Assembly: GCA_951406725.2 (NCBI GenBank)
Contig: OX597814.1
Span: 120,900,001-120,964,000 of the forward strand
DNA from: Octopus vulgaris
Taxonomy: Eukaryota
Reading direction: 5' to 3'
DNA length: 64,000 nucleotides
The first letter of the stretch is position 1. Each line of letters begins with the position of its first letter. A program made the translations under genes and the position numbers. The notes below the pieces were generated by a model, which saw nothing but the letters and a program-made list of their open reading frames with translations, was not told the origin of the DNA and ran no database searches. Positions 28,700 to 41,065 of the stretch are shown piece after piece.

Positions 28700-29775
28700 C
28701 ATATACATATATATGTATATATACATATACTTGCGTATGTGCATGTGTCCACTCTCCAACACATATACTTATGTACATACATAGGTGTATGTAAGAGTGT
28801 ATTTATGTATGTGTGCGTGAGTTTTAGCCGCTGGTGTCTTTGAATCATAGGTAGGATATGCACCCTTTGTTTATAGCAGAAATTAAAATATATATTGAGC
28901 CATTGAACAACGGTATTGGTATATAAACCAACAGAAATTAAGTCAAACAATAGAACCACCAATTTAGTCCTTTCTTTACGACGCAACTCCGACTAAACTT
29001 TGGCAATAATCGGTATCTTTTACATCTTTCATAAATATAGTTTCTATGGTGTATTTTAGATTTTCTATTTTCTATTAATTCACACTTCTTTGTTTATTTA
29101 ATAGCCAACTTTTGTTTTATTTCTTTATTTCTCTTTTTTTTTGTAACGATTAATTTATTTATTTTTTTATTGATGTTTTTAAATCTACCATATATTGTGA
29201 ATTTTGGAAATTATTCCCGATATAATATATTGAACAGAGTAAGGTATACAACAAATTTCACCTAAAAATGCTTACTAAAAATTAGGTAAAGAGGAAAATG
29301 AAAGAATCAGCGGGAGAGTGATAGAAAGTAAGTAAAAGAAAAAGAGCGTTGGAGAGAAAATATGTACTTTTCCTTTTCCTATATTTAAAAGTAGAAATCA
29401 ATTTCATGCATTGCTACACATTTGCTGGAGTCGATTAAGGTTCTTCGTTGCTGTGTATAAGCCTTGCGATTGTCCGGTAAAAGAAAAGTAACGTTTACGG
29501 AAATAGATTTCATTTGGCTGACAAGTGAAAATCACATTGAAATAAATTGGACATATTTTGGATATTTTCTACGCAAAATGAATATAATGTAGGCAACGTG
29601 TTTCTGTTAAATTCAGCAGAGTAATTACATATTCGATTGCACGAATAGTTTTCCTAATGCCTAAATTAACTTTCATATTTAGGAACAGATATTCCAACAC
29701 ACACACAGAAATATGAAAATATCTTTAAATTCATGCATACATACATCAGCACATACAAACACACACACATATGTA

Positions 29776-29842
<67 letters not shown>

Positions 29843-29851
29843 AAACATATA

Positions 29852-29918
<67 letters not shown>

Positions 29919-30053
29919 ATACATACATATACATATACATTCATGAATATCCATTTTGTGTATGTGTGTGTCCGTACGAGTTGTGATACGCGCATTGTAT
30001 GTATATTATACATACATGTGTACATAAGTACATAGATATATATAAAATTATAG

Positions 30054-30084
<31 letters not shown>

Positions 30085-30195
30085 CATATATAAATCTATA
30101 CATAATTATATGTATATATACACGTATATATGTATATGTATGTACGTGTATATAGAGATAGATACATACATACACACACATGCACGCACACACAA

Positions 30196-30265
<70 letters not shown>

Positions 30266-30689
30266 AGTATAGTAAATGAAAGTCAATTTAATAAAGACAA
30301 TGATAAAAAGAATTTATTATTAATCACAACAATTGTTTCCACACATCTAGCATCGATTCGTCTTGGGTGGGACACTCAATAACTGGTTCAGGAGCATCCG
30401 CTGGTGCAGAAGTGTTTCGTCGAGTGATCAATAAATACAACTCGTTATTCGTTAAAATGACTGTTCTGCAATGTAACTTTCCGTTTTGTAGAAGGAAAAG
30501 CAGCCAGCCGGTTGAAATAACTTCGTTTATATAGATCAAAAATAAAATCACAAATGGCAAACGGAAAAACGAACACGCAATCCAGCGAGAAAAGTATTAA
30601 AATTAACCGTTAACAGATATGGATGTATAAACGCCCTTTATTATTTAATGCATTTCTATCCAAATTCTTTGGACATGTAGGGATAAAAC

Positions 30690-31270
30690 CGATGTTATCA
30701 GCTTTTCAGTGACCATCCTTTTGTGAAAGGATGATCGAAATTCCTCTTGGTGAAAGAGGGATTTCGATATCCTGCTATCATCTGATATTTTTGCCGAGGT
30801 GTATGTGTTTCTGGGATGTTGGACACCAGGAGAACAAGTTGTTGCACGAAAATCTCTACTTCTTTAGCATATGGATCTGCCAGATATTTTGACATGGTAT
30901 TAAATAACCATGGGCTTCTGAATCCCAAGCTATTGCCGTAAATAATTCTAAATCTAGGCAGTATTGCCGGGACGTTCCAAGGTGTGCATTGCGGCCCAGT
31001 TCGGGGATGGTATTACACTCGATGCCAAAGTTTGGTGCCAAACCCTCCGGGATCTTCCATACGTGCATTATAGCATATCTCGCCCGTCTTCAATCCGGGA
31101 AGAACATTCGTAACATTTTCAGGTCCTCGCAGTAATGCAATCTTCGTGGCAGAATTGCTAAATCACCTCATAATCCGGTATTAATTTCACACCGTTAGTG
31201 GACAAGAATTGTCCACATGGCTGAGGAGAAATGTTTTCCATTTAACCGGCATAGTTTCTTGGTGATACAC
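30690..31270 (-). mobile_element. Degraded 3' end of a CR1/L2-group non-LTR retrotransposon ORF2
   Basis: Frameshifted translation ...RYAIMHVWKIPEGLAPNFGI...SLGFRSPWLFNTMSKYL...LVSNIPE matches the typical C-terminal pattern of these LINEs. Confidence 0.65.
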
Positions 31271-31412
31271 ACGTGAAATGCGGCGTTGTTGTGGCATGTA
31301 AGCACAAGCTTCATGAGAGGATAGGGCTTGGAATTTCCCAACATTTAACTGCACGTCTACTTCTGAAAATTTAGGACATCAAAGTTTTCCTATGTATGAA
31401 TGTATGTGTGTA

Positions 31413-31492
<80 letters not shown>

Positions 31493-31689
31493 CTCATCCC
31501 ATAAATAATGCGTGTTTTTATACTTCTTATATTTTTCAAAATTAAGATAAAGTTATATTTTAATCTAAAATATACTCTACAATGCTATTCCATCTATCTG
31601 GTTTATTTAGACGGCTCCTCTTCCAAAATGCACTTTTCCGTGACGAAAGATACTCCTCCAGTACTCTTCTGAACTTGTCTACCCTTCCC

Positions 31690-32090
31690 ACTAGCTCTTC
31701 ACTGAACAGAATCCTCCAGCAGATCATCTCGATCAGCTGCGGTCTTTGCAGCTCGTGCAGCAGCAGTTGTTGCAGCATTCCTCCTTTGGTGAATTGCATG
31801 TTTTTCTTTATTATCTGCAGTTCATGCTGCAGCAGTTGCTGTAGTGTACCTTGTATGGTGGATGACACGCTCTTCTTGACTCTGTCTAGCGGGTGCTGTA
31901 GCTGTTGATGCTGAATTTCGTTCTAGGCGATTACTCCGCTGCTCATCGCTTTCCATTGCTCTTGCAATAGCTGCACAGCAATTTCTGTATCCGTAATTGA
32001 AGTCTCCAGCGATGATTCTTTATTTCTCTTTTGCAATTTCTCTGCTACTTCTGTATTTCGACCTTTGGAGGATCTCTTCATTGGAGACAT
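31690..32090 (-). pseudogene. Decayed ORF with 23-aa repeats (STPR-like; probable Helitron RepHel N-terminus)
   Basis: MSPMKRSSKGRNT... then, after a frameshift, ARAMESDEQRSNRLERNSASTAT / APARQSQEERVIHHTRYTTATAA / A*TADNKEKHAIHQRRNAATTAA / ARAAKT: exact 23-aa period with an ESxEQRxxRL motif. A homologous piece lies at 33600-33701 (+). Confidence 0.6.
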
Positions 32091-32236
32091 CTCAACTAAT
32101 ATGACGTACTAAAATTAAATGACAATTCTATGCTAATAATAAAATATCACTAAATAGAGGTAAATAATATAAATATCTTATCAAATTTTAAAAAATACAT
32201 GCAGTGAACTTTTAGGTTAATGTACAGGTGATATAC

Positions 32237-32297
<61 letters not shown>

Positions 32298-32305
32298 ATG
32301 TATAG

Positions 32306-32357
<52 letters not shown>

Positions 32358-32832
32358 TATGAATGTATAAATTTAACCTTTAAAAGTATTTTTTAATATG
32401 CTGGCCATTCATAAGATTTTTTCGAAATAATTTTATCGTACATTAGATGTAAATTTAATAGTCTTCACTTCCGGACTCTCTCACTCTGTGAAAGTTTCTA
32501 GTTCGAATCAAACGTGTCCCGAGATGTGCTGGAGATTTTCTATTTTGGATATATTTGGGGTACTTAGGTCTGCTCAGGACTTAGTGCTTGCTTTTTCCAT
32601 GAGTATGAGTAAGTATTTCATTTATACCTTACGTATTTAGCGTTGAGGAGGGGGAAAATTCTTATGAATTAACTCTGAAATTGGGACCAATACGGTAAAA
32701 ATGTTTTAGAAATTCCTATCGGCTTGTTTCGAGACGCACAAATTATAATGGTTATCGACAATTTGTCTTTTTTCGGCGTATTTGGCATTATAATTTTTCT
32801 TTTGCCCTTATTTTATATATATATATATATAT

Positions 32833-32982
32833 ATATTTGTAAAAAATTAAGTTCGAAAATGCTTATATATTATACAATTTTTGATTTTTATATATACATT
32901 ATAACATGTTTATAATGTATATATAAAAATTAAAAATTGTATAATATAGCAGCATTTTGGAACTTCATTTTTTACAAATATA
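32833..32982. repeat. AT-rich near-perfect palindrome (~75-bp arms)
   Basis: tttgtaaaaaattaagttcgaaaatgc...cattataacatgtttataatg...gcattttggaacttcattttttacaaa. Confidence 0.75.
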
Positions 32983-33019
32983 TACCTACTCGTATACGAG
33001 CTAATCCTATTATAAATAT

Positions 33020-33075
<56 letters not shown>

Positions 33076-33245
33076 GCTAATAATAATTATATTAGGGAGT
33101 ATAACTCCAAAAACATATCACATAAGTACAAAAAGTACTTATGTGTGTACTATTTTGATCTAGATAAACGTTTAATCATATTTAATTCTATTTATGTTTA
33201 TGTCTATCATTGTTTGAATTACATTATAGTGGTTCTTCTCTAATT

Positions 33246-33288
<43 letters not shown>

Positions 33289-33792
33289 ATGTATATATAT
33301 ATATATATGCAAAATGCAAAATACGAGGGTTTCGTTCGCAGTTGATCTAAAAGACTAGGTACACTAGTTAAGTGCGTTAAGGGATTACTAGCGCTCAGAG
33401 ATTATAGCCGAGAAGGTAGTTATAGAGACATAATAGATTTCTGATATAGCGGATATATAATTGTTAAAGAGCGCCACAAATGTTAGGGCAAAGTTAACAT
33501 CTCAAGTTATATACATTAGTACGATTGTAAAAAACTTTTCAAAGGCTTACAGCTGTTTATGGGATGTTCCAGAGTAGATATCGGAGACAACGTATGCTAA
33601 GCAACTATCGCTGCATGATCTACAGAGAATGATGAATAACGTGCAATACGCATACAGGGAATCCTGCAGCAACTGTTGCTGCAAGAGCTGCAGAGACCGC
33701 ATTAGATTCGCTTTCATCAACTCCTTATTCCTTTATTCCTGTCCTCTATATCGTCATTTCATGAATCTATATCCTCCTTGTTTTTCCTATTT

Positions 33793-33867
33793 GTCTCCGA
33801 TGACGGAATATCCCATACTCTGGGAAGTCCCAAAAACAGTTGCAAGACTTTGAAACAGCTGTAAGAC
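33793..33867 (+). ncRNA. Degenerate hammerhead motif (CCGAUGA family) with duplicated 3' half
   Basis: gtctCCGATGAcgg...cccaaaaacagttgcaagac then GAAAcagctgTAagac. A deleted inverted relative lies at 33546-33588. Confidence 0.5.
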
Positions 33868-34195
33868 CGTGTGTATCTTAATAGTGATTTACTGTTGGTT
33901 TGGGGCGGTGGCTCCGATTTTAGCAAGTGGTATTTAAATACCACACTGATTCTAAGTTTAGTTTATAGACTTGCTAGCCACCTTATTATTATCATTCAAC
34001 ACATGCAGTACTTCAAAATGCTTTGTTCAAAATGTATGTGCCTCACAATCTTCACGAATACATCGCTTTTCAACCGGAAGAACTTGATAAAGCTACTAGT
34101 GAGCATGACACTACCTGGATCAATAATCTTCTAGCAATAGACAAATATTTTATAGAATGACCCAACAAATTAATACAGTAGGCAGAATGGCATCA

Positions 34196-34227
<32 letters not shown>

Positions 34228-34228
34228 G

Positions 34229-34270
<42 letters not shown>

Positions 34271-34347
34271 TATATATATGTCTGTGTGTCTATCTGTCTG
34301 TCTGTCTCTCGCTTTCTCTCTCTCTCTTTCTCCCTGTGTATATGTAT

Positions 34348-34416
<69 letters not shown>

Positions 34417-34938
34417 ATATTTTGTTTTGGAATGATGTAGATTAGCGCGTATATCCTACACATAAAAAGATTTAAACAGAATGAGAAAATATTTCTTCCG
34501 TTTGCACGACCTTATTACAAGTTCACTTTCCCTATCAATAACAGGAAATTACTAAACGCCTTTCATCGTAAAAAAACATCTCTATTTATTAGGAGAAAGT
34601 TTACTTTGTCAATTGTGAGGTTATCAAAAATATAGAAATCCTATTTTACGTTAATAGGACTTGGGATATTCTTCAAAAGCATCTAAATTAGAAGCGCATT
34701 CAAAGAGAGACAGCAAGAGTGCACATAAGTGACAGGATTTTAGTCAACCTCACATATATGTGTGCGTTTGTGTGTGCGTGTACGAGTTTGAATGTATGTA
34801 TGTGTATGCATATATATATACATATACACACACATTTAAACATACATATATTTATATATATATACGTACACACACACACACACATTTATATATATATATA
34901 TATATATATATAAATATATATATATGTATATATGCACA

Positions 34939-35080
34939 TTGCCAACCACATAGTTCCAAGTTCAATCTCACCATCTCACTGCGTAGCACTTTGGGCTAGT
35001 GTTTTCTACTATAGCCTCGGGTCGACTAAAGCCTTGTGAGTGTATTTGGTAGACGATGCAAAAAGAAGCCCGTCGTATAT
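34939..35080 (+). mobile_element. SINE family A fragment
   Basis: cactgcgtagcactttgggctagtg...ctactatagcctcgggtcgactaaagccttgtgag...gaagcccgtcgtat. Confidence 0.75.
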
Positions 35081-35501
35081 AAACACACACACACACACAT
35101 TATATATATATGCCAGCTAAATAAGACGGTCATATTGAGGACAGTGATACTATTGTTTTAGCGCAAGTAAGACATCTCCTCCAGCTGATCAACCACATAA
35201 AGTCTGTGTCCGATTAGTATTTGCGAGGGAAGTCATGGCTTCCATCTCTAACCTTACGTGATGCACATGGACCCGGGGTTCTGGGTGGTTACCCATCTTC
35301 ATTGTGTGTTATGTACTGCCTAGTTATGAAGATCACATTCCTCTCGCAAAATGCTATATCCACATTTACTTGGCAAATATATTTTAAGATTCCGTAGTGT
35401 TACTGCTTATCTCTCTCTTTCTCTGTCTGTTTACGAGATCAGTGACAGTGTATCATTAGAAAAATGATATGGTGTATATATAATATATGTATAAATATGT
35501 C

Positions 35502-35552
<51 letters not shown>

Positions 35553-35710
35553 CTATATATCTATCTATCTACCTTGGATATCCTTGTTGCTTATTTTGAT
35601 TATTTATATATATATATATATATATATAGGGGTGAAAAGGAACACACGAGTTGATATATATGAAAGAACAAGTAAAAAATAGAAAATGCTAAAATAATTT
35701 TATAGTGAAC

Positions 35711-35756
35711 ATTTCAGTACCGGTTTCGGTCATTTTGAGACCTTTTCAACTGTAAC
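35711..35756 (-). ncRNA. PLE 3'-end minimal hammerhead ribozyme (U3:A8 variant)
   Basis: Reverse complement of 37930-37975. Confidence 0.75.
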
Positions 35757-36490
35757 GATTAAATAATTAAATTTAGAAAAATTAGAAGAAAAGTTTTTTT
35801 AAAAGAATATTTCTATAGTAGTGTTCAGATTTAAGTGGCATTCTGCCTTTCTCTGACTCCCTTGTTTGCACTTGTGTGTTCGAGGTAGTTGTGAGTTCTT
35901 GGTAGGGTAGTAGAGGGAAGGCTGGTGAGGAAAGGGGGGTGGGAGAATCTGGGAGTGCCCTGATGATCGTATTTTGAATGGTCAGTGGCGGCTGGCAGTC
36001 TCAGTTCAATTCAGGGGAATATTTATATTGACAGGCTTGTTTATAGAATTAGCGTAGGTGTTATACTAAAAATCATTAGTGACAAACTTAAGGGGTAGGG
36101 GGAAGAAGAAGAAGAAGAAGAAGAAGAAGAAGAAGGAGAAGGAGAAGGAGAAGATGATGGTGATGGTGGTGATGATTATGACGACGACGATGATGATAAC
36201 GATGATGATGAAGAAGAAGAAGAAGAAGAAGAAGAAGAGGAGAAGGAGAAGATGGTGGTGATGATGGTGGCGATGATGATGACGCCGATGATGATGATAA
36301 CGATGATGATGAAGAAGAAGAAGAAGAAAAAAACAGAGAAGGGAGAATATGAATGGGTGTAAATATAGCTATGAAGGGGCTGATTAGTAATGGATTCTAT
36401 GGAGTGTAGTATTTGTGTGTGTATATATATTTTTTTCTTTTATTCTAAAGTTGAGGTATATTAATTGTTTGTCGTAGACCCGTTAAGAAC

Positions 36491-37219
36491 ACCAGGAACT
36501 ATCCACCTTCACTTATTGACAAGTGCATTCAACGTGCCCTTCAACTTAACATCAAGGAACTGAGACATCCCAAATCAAAGAAAAACTTACAACCAAAAGC
36601 CTTACCATACATCTCCACACACAACCCTCTCAATAACGAAGCCTTCGACACCATCCTCCACAACATACCCCTCCTAAAAAAAGACCACAGAATGAACACA
36701 ATCCTCCAAACACACACGATCATAAAAAGCAAAAGACAGCCTAGATCCATGAAAAGTCTCCTTACACAAGCCCGAATTCACTCTTCAACACAGAAGCCGA
36801 CAGTAAAAAAATGTGGAAGACCCAATTGCGGGATATGCGACTATCTAATCGAGGGTTCTGAGTTCTCCTTCAAACAGGGACAACGGTTTACAGTGAAAAG
36901 CAACTTCACATGTGCTTCGGAGAACCTAATATACTCACTAACCTGCTCCGGGTGTCAAGAGCAGTACATAGGCCAAACAAAAAATGGTTTGCGTAAACGA
37001 ATGGCCCTGCACAGATCCCAGATAAAAATTCCCCAAAACAGAAAAATAGCTTTTAGCCAACACATAGATACTTGCGCCAACAAAAAAACACCAAACTTCA
37101 GAATTTTCCCCCTCTACCAATTTAGGGACGATACAACCTCGAGACAAAGAATAAGTAAAGAAAATCTCTTTATTACAAAATACAAGCCACTTCTTAACGG
37201 GTCTACGACAAACAATTAA
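36491..37219 (+). pseudogene. 5'-truncated PLE ORF2 (end of RT thumb, Cys linker, GIY-YIG endonuclease)
   Basis: CGRPNCGIC linker, LIYSLTCSGCQEQYIGQT, RMALHR, FSQH, KENLFI...PLLN; frame open from the inversion junction. Confidence 0.88.
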
Positions 37220-37356
37220 TATACCTCAACTTTAGAATAAAAGAAAAAAAAAAAAATATATATATATACACACACAAATACTACACTCCATAGAATCCAT
37301 TACTAATCAGCCCCTTCATAGCTATATTTACACCCATTCATATTCTCCCTTCTCTG

Positions 37357-37582
37357 TTTTTTTCTTCTTCTTCTTCTTCATCATCATCGTTATCATCATC
37401 ATCGGCGTTATCATCATCGCCACCATCATCACCACCATCTTCTCCTTCTCCTCCTCCTTCTTCTTCTTCTTCTTCTTCATCATCATCGTTATCATCATCG
37501 TCGTCGTCATAATCATCACCACCATCACCATCATCTTCTCCTTCTCCTTCTCCTTCTTCTTCTTCTTCTTCTTCTTCTTCTC
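37357..37582 (+). repeat. Compound (CTT)/(CAT)/(CTCCTT) trinucleotide tract in the PLE 3' UTR
   Basis: Present in all four arms (36103-36335, 37357-37582, 43044-43280, 48850-49082) with length variation. Confidence 0.9.
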
Positions 37583-37929
37583 CACCCCCTACCCCTTAAG
37601 TTTGTCACTAATGATTTTTAGTATAACACCTACGCTAATTCTATAAACAAGCCTGTCAATATAAATATTCCCTGAATTGAACTGAGACTGCCAGCCGCCA
37701 CTGACCATTCAAAATACGACCATCAGGGCACTCCCAGATTCTCCCACCCACCTTTCCTCACCAGCCTTCCCTCTACTACCCTACCAAGAACTCACAACTA
37801 CCTCGAACACACAAGTGCAAACAAGGGAGTCAGAGAAAGGCAGAATGCCACTTAAATCTGAACACTACTATAGAAATATTCTTTTAAAAAAACTTTTCTT
37901 CTAATTTTTCTAAATTTAATTATTTAATC

Positions 37930-37975
37930 GTTACAGTTGAAAAGGTCTCAAAATGACCGAAACCGGTACTGAAAT
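37930..37975 (+). ncRNA. PLE 3'-end minimal hammerhead ribozyme (U3:A8 variant)
   Basis: cag TTGAAAA ggtc tcaaaat gacc GAAA ccgg TA ctg: stem I cag/ctg, stem II ggtc/gacc, palindromic ACCGGT stem III; predicted cleavage after GUA at 37968. Confidence 0.78.
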
Positions 37976-38020
37976 GTTCACTATAAAATTATTTTAGCAT
38001 TTTCTATTTTTTACTTGTTT

Positions 38021-38061
<41 letters not shown>

Positions 38062-39619
38062 AATATATACATACAAACATTCAAACAAGCAAACACCTTC
38101 CTTACAAACATACACAGAAGTGTTGCGCCCATACAAAATTTCTATTCTAGCATGACAACACACAAAGGGCTAGTATTACCCGCCCAGTATATACCTTACA
38201 CAACAAATCTCTAAAAACAACTAATACGTCGCTGGCACATGGGCCTAAACATATATGATTTTTCATTTACACGCAGTCACACTGTCAAGACATTTGCTTA
38301 TACCTTTATACGCAACAGCAATTGAATGCACGAGCTATGTATTAAACCGTAATGCTAATCCAGAGCAAACCAGTTTTACTAAACTCCATAGCAGCTAGAT
38401 CATCAAAGGCCATGGCAGCGCGCTTTACACGAGAGGATGAGGAGCTCTCTAATACGCCGAACATTTGTCAGAACACAGTCCATTGATATCCACAATCATA
38501 GATTCTTCTGGATTAAATATCCTTTTTGTGAAGAGAACAGTGGATTATATTGTATAAAATCAAACACTGCAATGCAGATCAAAGTGCACTGGATTATGAG
38601 ATGAATTGTAATCATTCTAATAATGGATAATAATGGTTGGAGAAATAATAGTGCAAAAATTAAATCGCTTAACTTTTATTTCATTATTTTATTTTATTTT
38701 ATTATATTTATTTTACTAAGTTATATATTTATATATTTCAATTATTAGGCTGCGGTTTCAATGGCAACTCCTTGAAGTGTTTAGCTGTGCAAATTGATGT
38801 GTTCCTAAAGCCTGCTATTTATTTTATCGGATACTTTTGCTGAAACACTAAATTACGAGGAGGTTAAGAAAACAAAACCAGTTGTCACGGAGGTAGGGAC
38901 ACGGACATAAAGACACATTCATAGATATATGCACATACAAACAAAAGAAGTCGGGCAGCGTTTAAGCTGGCTCCTGTGGATGGCTTTTCATTGACCCTTG
39001 GGCCCAGCAATTACACTTCATGCATTGAGTACATATCAAATTTTATTAAACTTGATTAGTATTTTTCAAGCAATGAACAATATAAATTAAAACAATGGTA
39101 TCATTTGTCGACTTGGAACTTATCACAAAGCTACAAGATAAAACTTTTTTGTCATCCCATTCGGGGGTCAGTCCATTTTTTTCAGTCTAACCTCTTTCTT
39201 TCTCTCACTCACTCTCTGTCTCTCTATCTCTCACTCTCTTTCCGTTCATTGTTTTCAACCATCACCATCACCAGTACAAAAAACGTCGCCACAACAACTG
39301 CCATACACACACCATTCATACTTCTCACGTTACCACCTCAATACCTTTGACTTCGTCGCCTTCCACTACACCAGCATCACAACTGTCTTTCACATCGTTT
39401 CACCACCACCACCACCACCATCACCGTCGCCTAACCCTGTATCACAAATACAGCTCACAGTATTACTATCACCCCATTATTATCACAACCGTCAATAAAC
39501 TACCACCCTCACAGTCTCTATGCCTACAATCCAGCAGCAGCAATAGTAGACGTGTCATTGGATAGTGAGTGAGAGGGGTTCAAATTGTGACACACACGCA
39601 GAAATCAGATTTGGCATTT

Positions 39620-39710
<91 letters not shown>

Positions 39711-39712
<2 letters not shown>

Positions 39713-39915
39713 ATATCTGTAAAAGTAATATGTGAGAATTATTCGGTAGCCATGATAAAACTCTGAGTTTCGGATGCAGAGGTGAAAATCCACGCCGCCA
39801 TCTCTTCAGTCATCCGGCCAAGAGATGGTGCCGTGGATTTCCACCTCGGCATCCGAAATTCGGAGTTTTATCATGGCTACCGAATAAATGTCACATATTA
39901 ACTTTACAGATATAT
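39711..39915. mobile_element. Fold-back/palindromic MITE-like element (~95-bp arms, ~12-nt loop)
   Basis: tattcggtagccatgataaaactc...ccatctctt / aagagatgg...gagttttatcatggctaccgaata; termini atatctgtaaa...tttacagatat. Confidence 0.8.
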
Positions 39916-39968
39916 TCTCTGTTTACATAATATTGAGGTGTCTTTCATTCTTTTGTAATCTTACCATT

Positions 39969-40027
<59 letters not shown>

Positions 40028-40664
40028 CGTAGAGAGGGTACCAGAAGAAATACATGCATATAATGCCCATTTGCATGTATATTACAGGGTTCATTATTCC
40101 AGTTTGTCATTCAGAATGCAGTGTAAATAGATCTGAATAGATTACTGTTAGTTATACAGCATTTCCAGTAAAATAACTTTCGATTAGACGGTGTATACAT
40201 GCGTGAATTGTGTATGAATATGTACACAAATACATATGTATTTACATAAATATATACACATATATATGTGTGTATATGTGTGCTCCTATGTACTTAGATA
40301 TGCACTTATATACACGCATACACACACAGACACACTCAGACACATACACACACAGACACACTCAGACACATACACACACAGACACACTCAGACACATACA
40401 CACACATATATGTGTATGCATTGGTTTGTGTGTTTAATTGTATGCTCAAGTAAGCTTATACCCCAAGCAGAGCGTTTAAAGAAAAAAAAATGCTGAATTA
40501 ATTAGGCATTGTTTAGAAGACAATTGACAATTAGATGAATCGTTGGGAATATGGATTACAGAAAATGTCATTATTGAGATGGAAGCAACATGCCAGTACA
40601 GTTACATAACTATGCCGTCTATTTGGTATTGCACTGAATTAATACAATATAACAATTACGAGTT

Positions 40665-40731
<67 letters not shown>

Positions 40732-40732
40732 C

Positions 40733-40797
<65 letters not shown>

Positions 40798-40811
40798 TAA
40801 ATATATATATA

Positions 40812-40863
<52 letters not shown>

Positions 40864-41065
40864 CATGTATATAATCTATTGTGTGTGCACGCGTGTGAGA
40901 GAGTTTGTGCGTGTGTGTGTGTGTGTGTGTGTGTTTGTCTGTGTGTCTGTTGTCTGTATGTATGTATGTCTGTGTCTATACCTTATGTTGATGTGTGGTT
41001 ACAGATGATGACATGAACATACTGACGCTGAGGCAAACAAACTGGCGCACACTCATCTGTATACG

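Larger units (their letters stand above)
35629..38030. mobile_element. Penelope-like (Neptune-type) retroelement insertion 1: 5'-truncated, head-to-head inverted pair
   Basis: The minus arm 35629-36489 is the reverse complement of the 3' part of the plus arm 36490-38030. Junction: cgttaagaa|caccaggaac. Both outer ends run into (TA)n. Nearly identical to 47995-49300. Confidence 0.93.

Noticed and set aside
36079-36261. Poly-K/poly-M ORFs (also 37328-37585, 43099-43305, 48822-49031)
   Set aside because: Antisense readings of the PLE 3' UTR trinucleotide array; frames differ between arms.
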